Shown: piece by piece, positions 1 to 10,655 of the stretch
How the letters are laid out: each line of letters begins with the position of its first letter
Numbering within the stretch: the first letter of the stretch is position 1
Source: Camelus ferus
Taxonomy: Eukaryota
Direction: 5' to 3'
NCBI RefSeq assembly: GCF_009834535.1
Contig: NC_045696.1
Location: 92,754,001 to 92,818,000, forward strand
DNA: 64,000 nucleotides
Made by a program: the position numbers and the translations under genes
Notes under the pieces: model-generated
The model's database searches: none
What the model saw: only the letters and a program-made list of their open reading frames with translations
What the model was told of the DNA's origin: nothing

Positions 1-1439
1 ATTGTTAGCCAACAGAGACTTGGCACAATTTATTGAATGAATTAATTGAGTTATAGTTAAAGATCTTCTTAATATTACTTTAATGTTCTATAGTAAGGGG
101 TTCTTACTTCTTTACCCTAAGATGAATGAATAGCACTCTGTTCAATGAGATATAGCTGTAAAGGAATAAGATTGATTTTTTTTTCCCCATAAACATACCT
201 GACGTGATTGATTCTTTTAATAAATCAAACAGAACTTACACAATTTGAATGACTATTGTTCCCTAAAGAAAGATTACCTGGGATGTTTATCTGTTGGCCA
301 TTTCAGCTCCCAGGATGGTTTACACTTCATAAGTCCTCTACCTTGTCAGTTGTAATAATGTTGTAATAATTTAAGTCTTTCCTATCTGAAATAGTAATGA
401 CTCATTAGTGCTTAGACAGTAAGGTCATTGCTTGTTGATTGTTCAGGCTGTACACTGCACAGCTCCAGGGATGGTATTCAGTGGGAATCTGCCCCAAAAG
501 TTGTGCAATGCCACAGCACTGTAATTGCCATATATGCATATTGTTATGAGTGGGCTTCACATCACATGATAAGATGTTTATCAACTTGGTACATACAATC
601 AAAATTTTAGAGCTGAAAGGAACCTCAGAAAGCCTTAATTGTTACCTTACTTTTCTCCCTCACTTATTTTAGTATTTTCTATAGACGTTAAAGGCCATAT
701 ATGCAGCGTTCTAATAACTGACAGAATCAGACATATGTGTTATGCATCCCAGCAGATGTTAACCAATACAAATGTAATGATAGTGTTAATACTTTTTTTG
801 TAACTGATATAAATTGTTCATGTGAAAGAGACCATTTTGCATTTACATTAGTTAAACATGTTTACCCATAAAATGATTGTAGAACTAGAAAGTGGCTACC
901 CAAGCACCATTTCGGATGATGTAATAAGAAGGCAGAGTATAATCTTGTTCATTTAAAAATGGCTTATTAATAGAAAGCTTATGTTCCATTCACTACTTTT
1001 GCTCTATAGGATAGAGACGGACTTTTGACTTTGTTGTAAGGAGAGCTAAGATTCAGGTCCCCCAAATTAAGTCCATTGTAACCAAAAAGCTTTGGCTCTA
1101 TAGCTTTATGTGTATATATACGTAGAAATAAATCTGAAAATTAAAAAAAAAAAAAGGTAAATTGGTTAAACCAACATCCTGTTCTGGAGCTTAATGAAAT
1201 GAGTTTTTGAAATTATTTCATCTATTAAATACTTGTATCATTTTTAAAGAAAACTTGACTATAGAAATAAATGGGGTATTTATAAGTATACAGAATATAA
1301 CTGGTTGTTTTTTGGGGGCCATATGACTTTGGAATTTGCTTTTGCAACATGATATTAAAGCTAAACTCTATTCTACTTAATCTTTTTATTTTTATTTTAT
1401 TTTATTTTATTTATTTATTTTTTTACTTAATCTTTTTAG

Positions 1440-1600
1440 AAGAGCCATGTGGTGTCTTGCTGGTTAAGCTGGCAGGAGTAGAACTCACTGAAACTGGGAA
1501 GGTGTGGTTACAAAAAGAGCTAAAACCTTCCCAAGTACTATGGTTCCAACTTCTTGGAAAGGAGAATTCAGCACTCTTTTGCTACCTTTTAGTGAATAAG
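1440..1600 (+). CDS. C3orf33: C3orf33 penultimate coding exon (161 nt; (K)EPCGVLLVKLAGVELTETGKVWLQKELKPSQVLWFQLLGKENSALFCYLLVNK)
   Basis: T-rich tract ending tttttAG at 1438-1439 and donor AAG|gtaagt at 1601. The peptide is recognisable as mammalian C3orf33 (SNase-like fold protein) and joins in phase 0 to the exon at 4144. Confidence 0.93.
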
Positions 1601-1879
1601 GTAAGTAGTGTGAAGAAATAACTAGTGATATTTTATTTTTATTATTTATACATAGATATGTCATTAGTTAGAACCATGAATATATAATGGACTGAGTTTT
1701 TTTTTGTCTTTTTGAACTACTTATAGTGATTATGTATAGATGACCAGGTGTTTCACTTATAAATTTTGTTATAAAATTTTAGTTATGTATGTTTATAATA
1801 GAAAAAATAGAGAATTAAGAAAAAGAAAAAACTTCAAATTATTCATGACTCTGGACATTGCTAATTTAAGGTGTATCTT

Positions 1880-2014
1880 TTTTTTTTTTGGTAGGGGGAG
1901 GTAATCTGGTTTATTTATTATTGTTATTATTTCTTCAATGGCAGTACTGGGGACTGAACCTAGGACCTTGTGCATGCTAGGCACACACTCTACCACTGAG
2001 CTATACCCTCCCCC
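1880..2014 (-). mobile_element. Vic-1-type camelid SINE (tRNA-Ala-derived)
   Basis: Minus strand reads GGGGGAGGGTATAGCTCAGTGGTAGAG...CTAGCATGCACAAGGTCCTAGGTTCAGTCCCCAGTAC (A and B boxes), then an AT-rich body and poly(A). TSD taaggtgtatctt (1867-1879) / taaggagtatctt (2015-2027). Confidence 0.9.
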
Positions 2015-2954
2015 TAAGGAGTATCTTATACATTTATTTTTGCATAAGTATAATATATCATACTTGTTATGAGAAACCACTCATTGAGTGAGACTTGTCA
2101 ACTAGCAACTGCAAAGAGCAAGGGTGTTTTCTGAAGGTAAATATTGCTCAGTCTGGCCCAGTACCTCGTAGATTGGTAGGTCTTAACATATAAGCTCGGA
2201 AAGCACTGAGCATATTTAATACTACTGGGCATACTTAAATTGAGCCTATTGAAGTCCTGTTTATGATCAGTAGTCAGCCATCTGAAGACTGCCTCAGCGT
2301 GTCCTCACTTTTGTGACCAGCCGTAGCCATTCTGTAACTGCGGGTGCCGCAGAACTCCACTGCTGCTGCCCTGCCACTGTCCTGAGTCCCTGGATGTGTC
2401 TTCCTCTAAATTGCTTTTTTTTCTTTTTTAACTTTTTAAATGTAATTTAATTCTGTGCATGCCAAATGTACACATAGAATAAAGCTGGCTGAAGGACCCA
2501 GCCTCATACAACATGTACCAAACACCATAGTATATTAGTCTGTAATTCCTCCAAATTTCTTTTGGTGGATGATTACTGAAGAAAAGAATATGGAAAAATG
2601 AAATAGTTGAAATACGATTATGACAGGATTAAGAGCAGTTTTTCTTATTTTTAAAGTCCCCTGTTACATAACAAACAAGAAAGAAGAATCTGAAGAAAAC
2701 AATAACCTCACATTAAAGTGATTAGAATTATAACCATTTTAATTATTAAAAGCTGCTTGACTTTCTAATAGAGAGTTTAATGAAATCCATTAATTTTTGC
2801 ATGTCTAGATCATTTTCAGTTTTTTGAAAATAAGAATTACCCAATACTGATTGGTTGAAGCATCTTACACTGAAAACTAAGTTAATATACAATATTATGT
2901 AAAAGATCCCGAAGGCCTTACAGAATATCAGCTTCTCTTTTCAGTTGAGAAGTA

Positions 2955-3085
2955 TATTTTATTTATCCTCAAAACCACCCTGTGAGATCATTTTATTCCC
3001 ATTTGCAGGTAGGACTCAGGGTGACTGAGTGGAGGAACCAGTATTCAAGCCCAGGTCTTCCTGGCTCCTGAGTCCACACTTCATC
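2955..3085 (-). mobile_element. MIR SINE fragment
   Basis: tttatcctcaaaaccaccctgtgag...attcccatttgcag...attcaagcccaggtct matches the antisense MIR core. Confidence 0.65.
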
Positions 3086-4143
3086 TTCTCTGTCTTTACT
3101 TTATACTGTTTCCTGGAAGGTGACCAAATGTACTTTATGCGTTTAGTGGTAATTTACTTCTCCTGTTGAATTTTGCTGTTGTGTGAGGTCAATTTTAATT
3201 ATTCTGATTTTGGTTCTGCCTATAAAATTTAAAAGATTGAGACAAATAATATAAACCCTTTAAGCTGTATTTCTTACCTGATTATCATTATTTACCAAAA
3301 GTTCCTCCATTTCAAGGAACAAAAGTTTACTTTATTCCTTTGGATGGTCTTAGAAAATGTTTCCTACTTTTAACCTGGAGTTTTCATATTTAAAAAATTT
3401 AACTGTGAATTACTTGTCTATTGAAACTATGGAATTTTTAATACTTTGTTAAAATTAATCTTGTTAGGTAGAAAGACTGTGTGTGGAAATAGTTAGGCAG
3501 GATCCCCTTTACACTGTAAATTAGTGACAAAAAAATTCCATGTAGCTGGTTTCCTTGGGCAGTGAGGTGTTCCATGAAGGAAATTTACTGAAGGATGAAG
3601 ATTCAGAGGCCAGGACTATTTTAATGTTAATTATTTTATGGAGTTTAAAAAAAATGTATTTACATGTCAGTGCCTTCCTAAACACTGGAATTCTGAACCT
3701 AATTTAACAGATCAATGATGATTCAGTTCATTTTACATTTGTCTACTTTTTAGTTTCATTAGTTTTCTTTAGTTTCTTTTGCTGTGGCCTTCTGTCATTT
3801 TGCCTATCTGGTGTGCTCCTTTCCCCCTCCAAACAACAACAGAAAAAACCCAGAACCCTTTTCATTGTTTATTGCTTCTGCACATTTTGGGTTGGGAGAC
3901 CAGTGAGCCTGTGGAGAACTACATGTTATGAAGGAGTGAATTGTCTTTGAACAGTGGTCTCTTCTAGTAATGAAATTCTTGGATTTAGTTTTGGCTGTTT
4001 TAAGCTCTAAGGACCCCTTTGCTTTACATTTTTTACTTTTCTATGGAGAACTCAAGTTGCAGAATGATTTTAAAGTAAGAAGCGTATTATGGGTAGCCTA
4101 GTAATTTTTAAAAATAATTGGTTTGTGTTATTTTTTATTCAAG

Positions 4144-4545
4144 GGTAGATATTTTAGTGTGAGTCTGAATGAAGAAATTTTGAGAAGAGGCCTTGGCAAG
4201 ACTGTTCTTGTTAAAGGGCTAAATTATGATTCTAAAATCTATTGGAGAATTCACAGAAACTTACTTAAAGCTGAATTAACAGCTGTAAAAAAAGGAGAAG
4301 GAATATGGAAGGAAGAATCTGAAAAAGAAAGTTATTTTGAAAAATTCAAAGGCTCCTGGAGAGAAATATGGAAAAAAGACAGTTACTTAAAAAAAACTGG
4401 ATCAGATTTCAACTTGAAGAAAGAAAGTTATTATGACAAGTTGAGAAGGACTTATGAAACGTGGAAGGAGAACATGAATAACTACTCCTTAATACTGATG
4501 TTCCGAGAACTCATGAGTCGCATACACTTCCGTAGAAAAGGGTGA
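4144..4545 (+). CDS. C3orf33: C3orf33 last coding exon (GRYFSVSLNEEILRRGLGK...RIHFRRKG*)
   Basis: Acceptor ttttttattcaAG at 4142-4143; 402 nt open frame to TGA at 4543-4545. LNEEILRRGLG and AELTAVKKGEGIW resemble the C-terminal helices of staphylococcal-nuclease-like domains. Confidence 0.95.
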   Translation, partial: GRYFSVSLNEEILRRGLGKTVLVKGLNYDSKIYWRIHRNLLKAELTAVKKGEGIWKEESEKESYFEKFKGSWREIWKKDSYLKKTGSDFNLKKESYYDKLRRTYETWKENMNNYSLILMFRELMSRIHFRRKG

Positions 4546-4584
4546 AGTAGTCCAAGAGGTCTGGAGGTGACCTGCTTCAAAAAG

Positions 4585-4590
4585 AATAAA
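4585..4590 (+). other. Candidate polyadenylation signal for C3orf33
   Basis: AATAAA 40 nt downstream of the stop codon. Usage cannot be shown from sequence. Confidence 0.4.
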
Positions 4591-4954
4591 ATATGTAAAT
4601 ATAATGGATATTTCTCATCGAGTTGAAGTGGAAGTTTCCCCAAATGATCAAAGTTGCATTCCAATGGTATTTAAATATTTAAGAGATGATTCTTATCAAT
4701 GTAATATCAGAATAATTTAAACAAATTGTGATTCATGTACTGTGCTTTTAGGAAAAATGAAACACCCTAAAAAAGTTATCCAGTTGAAGGAGGTACACAT
4801 GTACTAACAATATATGAAGAGAGAGTTTAACTATTGGTCATTGTGTTATTTTAGTTATTTTGGGCAGCCGTATTTAACTTTTGTTTAAATAGAGTATTTG
4901 TTGATTTTTCCAGTTTTGAGAACTTTGATTGCTTATGATAAAGGAACTCTTAAG

Positions 4955-5325
4955 CATTATGTCTGAGGCTGCTCTCTTCTCTCAGCTGTTTTCTAACTGC
5001 CTGTGAATTCATTCAGGGCAGAGCTATAAGAGACATTCAGTTGGGCCATTTCTAGTAATGAAGAGTGGCTTATTTCTACCTGTTGTCAGTTGAGGGGGAT
5101 AATCCCAAAGACAGAATCGTGAATGTGCCGAGGATGGTAGTACAGAGGATAGAAAGAATAGGGATGCTTTCTGACAATGTCGAGCCCCTGAGATAGCCAA
5201 TCCTTGAACTGTCTTGCCTCCAGTTTCTCATTATGAGACACAGTAAATTTATTTTTAAAGCCGGCTTCAGTTGGCTTGAGGATTTGACCTACACATATAC
5301 TTGCTGCTGGAATCATCCTGACAGT
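4955..5325 (+). mobile_element. MLT1-type (ERVL-MaLR) LTR remnant
   Basis: gagcccctgagatagccaatcc...gcctccagtttctcattatgaga...agtaaatttatttttaaagcc...cagttgg is typical of an MLT1 3' half. Boundaries approximate. Confidence 0.55.
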
Positions 5326-6381
5326 ATAAGCTTCTTTCACAACATCAACAGTAATCCACCCACAATGTCTATAGACGTTTTCCTTAATGGTTTGTGATGC
5401 TGACCAAAGTCAGAGGTATCATCTGGTCCAAAGAGTTGACTCCTGTCAGAATCAGTAATACAGAATGAGAAGTTTACTGCTGCTGCCTGACTCCTGATGA
5501 AAACATAGCAAAGTAGACTTCCCAGCATTTTCTAATTAAACAACATTAATTTTTAGTTTGGTCTCAAATCTTCCAAAGATTCTTTTTTTGTGTGTGATTT
5601 TATTTCATCATCTTTGGGGTAGGATAGGAAGTTGTATGCCAGTTTTTACTCCCTGGGTCTAATGCCTCGACAGCTTTTTGTTTTGTCTTGAATGGATGTT
5701 TCATTTTTATTTACAGAGATGTTAACAAGATTTTTATTTATAGAGATGTTAAACTAGTTTTGTGGCAAGCTCTGGAGCTTTATTTTCTTTTCCAGTTTGC
5801 CTCCGGGTGATGTCAGATCTCATCACAGTTATCACGGTAATTAGTTCTGATGACCTCTACCAGTCCAGCCAGTGCACTCTTGTCCTTCCAGTTAAGCGTG
5901 TGAAGGTGTTTCTGGTCAAAGACCTGGTCTAATTTTTCCCTTGAAGATACAGTAGGGAGCCCTGGTTAGATCCACTTGTTTGATGGTCCAAGGGCGAGGT
6001 GAACTGGACAGTTGCAGAGAGGCTACAACTTTGTCATTGGAGATAGTTCTAGCAGGGCCATCTGAAAAAGTGGAAGAGTCCTTTTAGGCTGAATTTATGA
6101 CCAAATTTATGCCCAGGTTCTTTACCTTTTTCAAGTAGAGGATTTACTACTTCTTGGTTTGTTGTCTTCAAAACAATAGGGTCCATGACCACCTTTACTC
6201 CTTAGCCTTCTTTCCTTTTGGTATCTTAGGTATTTAGACACCTTTACTTTTTAGATATATTTCTATCAAATAATTTTAGTTCTTACTCTATTTCTAAAGG
6301 ATTGGATTTTCATGATCCTTTTCAATCTATTTTCTCTTAGATCCACATTTCCTTTAGGGGTTTTTATTTATTTTTCATTTT

Positions 6382-8282
6382 TCAATCATACTTCTTGACA
6401 GTAGTAGCCTTATCATAATTAATGGTGAACAAAACTTGGGAGAAGATTGAAAACCATGCCCATAGTTTCAGCACTGTCACCATTGGCACTAAAAGTGTAT
6501 TTAGAAGTATAACAGACAACCAAGGGCTGCTTACATTTTGCTGTCTGATTGTTGTGTTGATGTTTCTCTTAGTTCTGTCCATGAGACAGATGAGCAGATA
6601 CTGTCTCTGCTCTAGCACATTTGGTCACAGTTACTGTTCAGTGAGGGCTCCACAGAGGCTCCCTATCATACTCCCCAGGCGTGGGAGATTCTTAGCTCTT
6701 TCTCTCCCCACCTGCTTGACTCCCACAGCAGCCTGGCCTACGGCCATTGACTGCTGGATGCTCACCATCTGGGATGGGAAGGACACATGAGTTTGCTTGT
6801 GCACGGTGACTGGGCTGAATTACGCCACGCATGGTGTGTGTGGGTGTATTCGCAAGTCTGGTTCAGCCCTCCCACTTTCTATGTTAGTCCAGCTTATAGG
6901 GAACTCTTGTAGTCACCAAATAAGCACCAGGCACTTCTTCCCTTGCTTCCCTCTTTTTATCGTATTTCTTTCTCCTTGTTCAGGAAAATGAGGTCCTGGC
7001 AGGTCCAGTAGCTTAGCAAATGTTAGCAAAGAGGTAATCACTATTTTCCAACTTAATGGAAACAGGATATATGGCACCTTCAGTCCTGTAGAAAGGGGAG
7101 TGGGGCGCTAATGTCAAATCCTTCTCCCCTGTGTGAATTGGAGAGGGAAGGGATGGTTGCTGCTTGACAAACTCACTGTCCAGTTCCTTACTCCAAGACC
7201 TCTTCTCTCTCTTGGTCATGTTGCAAGAAAATGGGGCATTAGAGGATGGTCATGTCCCAGGTCTTGGGTAAGTCCCTGAGATGTGCCCTGCCAAGTGACT
7301 GTCCTTGGCTTCATGCAGGAAGGAATTTGAGAGCCACCATAGTAAAGTGAAAGTAGGTTTATTCAGGGAGATACATTCTCCATAGACAGAGTGCAGGCCA
7401 TTTCAGATGGCAAGAGAGGAGGTGGGAGATGGAGTTGTCTTGAAACGTGAGAGTGGCCTAGGAGATACACATTCCACAGGCAGAAAACAGGCCATCTGGA
7501 AAGTGAGAGACCCAGGGTGTGGGGGTGGTTAGTTTTTATGGGCTTGTTAATTTCATATGCTAACAAGTGGGAGGATTATTCCAATTATTTTGGGGAGGGG
7601 GTTGGGTCCCCTCACCCACTTTTTGGCCTTTTATGTCAGCCTCAGAACTGTCATGGTGCCTGTGGGTATGCCATTTAGCATGTTAATGTATTACAATGAG
7701 TGTATAATGAGGCTCAATGTCCACTGGAAGTCATATTCTCTGCCATCTTGGGCCTGGTTGGTTCTAAACAGTTTATGTCATACCCTCAATTGCTGTGTCA
7801 TTCTTTTAATGGTTGTGCCCTGCCCTCTACCCTCCTGTCTCAGTCATGGAACTTTCTAAATGGGCTTGATCCTTCCTGCCACTGAGAAAACCCTGGGGAA
7901 TCTGCTGCTTGAAATGTTATCTTTTAAAAACTTGACTCAAATAAAAATTAGGGCCATTGATCCCAATAGTTCTGCTACCATTCATCTCTGGAAACTCCGA
8001 GTGTACTAAAGCTTCCGGTCAGTGTCTCATCCAATCTGGTACACTTGCAAAACCTGCTTTAGGAGAGTTAACTGCATCTGAAGCAGGCAGGTAATGGTGT
8101 GCCAAGACTTGTATCTTCTGGATTTCTCCAGCATCCTCTGATTCTTCACCAAAGTGAAGTTTGCATCTTTTAAATAAGTCCCTCCCTGGAGTAAAGTAAT
8201 TCCATGTGCTGTCAAGGGGCATGTTGTTGACAGTGTCCTAAATCCAATGGTTGTGTATGGCATTTGTTTGAAGACAGTAACT
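6382..8282 (-). pseudogene. Putative decayed large coding exon of an unidentified gene, interrupted by a solo LTR
   Basis: Hand reconstruction: frame 8282->7843 continues into 7214->7031 after removing the LTR plus one TSD, then into 7020->6382 after removing a 10-bp tandem duplication. This gives about 420 codons with 7 internal stops. No family recognised. Confidence 0.5.
7219..7842 (-). mobile_element. Solo ERV1-class LTR (624 bp)
   Basis: TG...CA termini, perfect 4-bp TSD GTCA (7215-7218 / 7843-7846), minus-strand AATAAA (tttatt near 7358), and an internal subrepeat ggagatac...caggccat (about 7368-7420 / 7461-7510). Confidence 0.85.
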
Positions 8283-8460
8283 TTACATACAGGGACAGCG
8301 TAGTCAAGAAGCCAAGGAACAGCAGCATTTCAGAAGTTCAGGGCACCAACAGCATCATTATTGTTCAGGCCATCATTAAAAGGATGGCAGACATACTAAG
8401 GAGAAGCAGGTGCTCCTGGAATAGCCAAGGTGGAGATGGTTCTCCAGCTCTTTTTTCTGG

Positions 8461-8973
8461 TATGAGGAGGGAAAAGTTTTCCTCGACCCTCTGAGGGTTC
8501 CTGGCTGGGTTTGAAAAGTAAACTGATGAAGATTAACAGGAGAAAAGTGCACAAATTTATTAAATATAAGTTTTGTATGACATGAGAGCCTTCATAAGGA
8601 AATAAAGACCCAAAGAAATAGCTAGACCTGAGTACTTTATGGTAGGTTTGATGAAGAGGGCACAGTCTTGAGGAATGTGATAGGGAAAGGCGTATGAAAT
8701 CATTGTAGTGAACCGGGGGAAATTTTGCAAGTCCTGTTTGTTAGGATTCCTGTTAGCATCCGTTTGTATTTGGAGGTAGATATGCTTTTTTCCTCCAGCT
8801 ACAGGGAGGGCACATCTTATGTAAGGATTTTATGGTCTGTTTCAGGGAAGAGGGGCAACGGAAGGAGGAGAGCATAGTGAACTTCTGCCTCTGTTTTCTC
8901 AAACTCCTTCAGCTTAAAATATTCTGTATGCTAAGGTACCACATTTTGGGGTAACATGTCCTGAACCCTACCA
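8461..8973 (-). mobile_element. Solo ERV1-class LTR, MER34-like
   Basis: Ends gcttaaaatattctgtatgctaaggtaccacattttggggtaacatgtcctgaaccctacCA (MER34-group terminus). Imperfect 4-bp TSD ctgg (8457-8460) / gtgg (8974-8977). Confidence 0.75.
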
Positions 8974-9231
8974 GTGGTTTGGAACTTCTCTAATGCTATT
9001 ACTAAGGCAGATGTTCAATGAAGGCAAATCACAGGAAGAAAGTAATGCCAATTTATGAAAAGATGACAATTAAAAAACCCAGGATTAAAAATTAAAATGT
9101 TAACAGAACTTTAAAAGTAAAATAGTAAAACTTAAAAATGAACCAACTATATCACTCATTTAACTTCCATTCAAATGTCCAAATATCAAAAAAGTTGAAA
9201 TAGAAAAAAATGGTATCAAAGATGGAAAACA

Positions 9232-9354
9232 TACAATGAAAAAGAGTGTGACAATGAATATATGTATGTTCATGTATAACTGAAAAATAGTGCTCTACAC
9301 TGGAAATTGATGCAACATTGTAAACTGACTAAAAATTTTAAAAATGTAAAAAAA
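9232..9354 (+). mobile_element. Severely 5'-truncated L1 3' end with poly(A)
   Basis: gaatatatgtatgttcatgtataactgaaaaatagtgctctacactggaaattgatgcaacattgtaaactgact matches the L1 tail at 26796-26895 in reverse. Perfect 14-bp TSD aaagatggaaaaca (9218-9231 / 9355-9368). Confidence 0.88.
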
Positions 9355-9988
9355 AAAGATGGAAAACAATATCAATAATGCCATTAATTAGCTAGATATT
9401 TTGAAGTTTTGCAAACTATGATGAAGAGTTTGAGATACTGATGATTCTAGGGTTCAGTATTCCTTGGGAGAAAAGGTGGGGTTCATCTAGGAAGTAAGTC
9501 CATGCCCTAGTTTAGGATCTCTGAGTGATATAAATTCCTTTTGCTCAGGTGCAGAGGTAGTTCCATGTGATCTGGAAGCCTAAGGCCAAAATGTCAGTGC
9601 ACCCAAGAAAGAATGTGGAGGGAAAATCTGATGTCAGTATGTCTCATGGTCCTTGACAGGGTTAGTGATGACTCCTGGCAGTGTGTGAATTTCTGAGTCA
9701 ATCTGGGTGCCCAGTTCTGCTCTCTGGAAGACTGCTCATATCTTCCATAGCTTCTCCACAAGTAGGCATTGGGAGGTTCCACCCTTTGAGGGCTGGACAA
9801 CTTTAGAAGCCCCTCTTTGTTGATGTGGGTTCATGGCTAAAGGGTTGAGCAATCATAGGCCCTTTTTTCTTTTTTTCAACTCACCTTCACTTTACTACCC
9901 CTTGCTCTTGAGTTCTTTCCTGCAAGAACCTATTCTCCAGCAACACTACTGCATTGCCTCTTTTTCACTTTTAGAGGATACATTGGAG

Positions 9989-10226
9989 CAGTTTTTCACC
10001 TGCAGACCATGAACTATTAGTGAGATGTGAAGTCAATGTAATGCGTTGCCACCAGTAGTTAGAAAAGATAAAGAAAAAAGAACAGAACAGAAACTATCGG
10101 TGCATTGCACATAGCAAAGAGAAGTGCTGTTTTGTTAATTTTTTTTGTTATTGTTGTTGTTACAAGTATATTTGAATGTGTATACTGGCTTGGAATGCAA
10201 AAAGATAAGGGTTACTGAAAGTCACT
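9989..10226. mobile_element. Ancient hAT-Charlie-like non-autonomous DNA transposon
   Basis: cagtttttca...tgaaagtcacta-like termini and an internal attagtgagatgtgaagtcaat...gtgcattgcacatagcaaag signature. Subfamily not assigned. Confidence 0.55.
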
Positions 10227-10417
10227 ACAGAAGATCACATTCTCTAGCACACTCTTTTGAAGAAGCCTGATCAATAGATTTTTATAACTAAAGTTAGGAC
10301 AGCAAGGAATTCAGAAATGGAGTTTTAAAAAATTGAGGTACTAGGATTATTCTATTTTCTGTTTTGGTTATCAAAACACAGCTTGGAGAGACTTCATCAA
10401 GGAAATTGAGGAATTAG

Positions 10418-10655
10418 CGCCCTCTTCTGTTTTTCTACAACACTGTACACGTACCTGTTTTAGCACTTGACACATTTTGTGTAGAAGGGCTACCTGTCTT
10501 CTCTCTCATCCAAGCTACAGTGGGTCCTGTTACTCAAACCACCCCTTATTAAACTTTGGATCATTTCTGTTCTCTCCACAGCATTTAGCTCAGTTTCTTG
10601 CTCACTAGGGACTCTATACATATTTTTAAATAAAGGAATGAAATAAGGAATGAAG
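10418..10655 (+). mobile_element. L2 LINE 3' end
   Basis: ttagcacttgacacattttg...tctccacagcatttagctcagtttcttgctcactaggg...aaataaaggaatgaa is the L2 tail pattern. Confidence 0.6.

Noticed and set aside
1935..2014. tRNA-Ala(AGC)-like sequences here and at 32825 and 58770-58846
   Set aside because: They are SINE heads: stems are degenerate, each is followed by a SINE body and poly(A), and each is flanked by TSDs.
6440..7215. Fossil frame as a retroviral env (REKR furin-like site plus a hydrophobic stretch)
   Set aside because: No hydrophobic fusion peptide follows REKR, no CX6CC or immunosuppressive motif is visible, and the nearby LTRs are independent solo insertions.
7219..8973. A single provirus with two LTRs flanking 7843-8460
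   Set aside because: The two LTRs differ in sequence and each has its own TSD.
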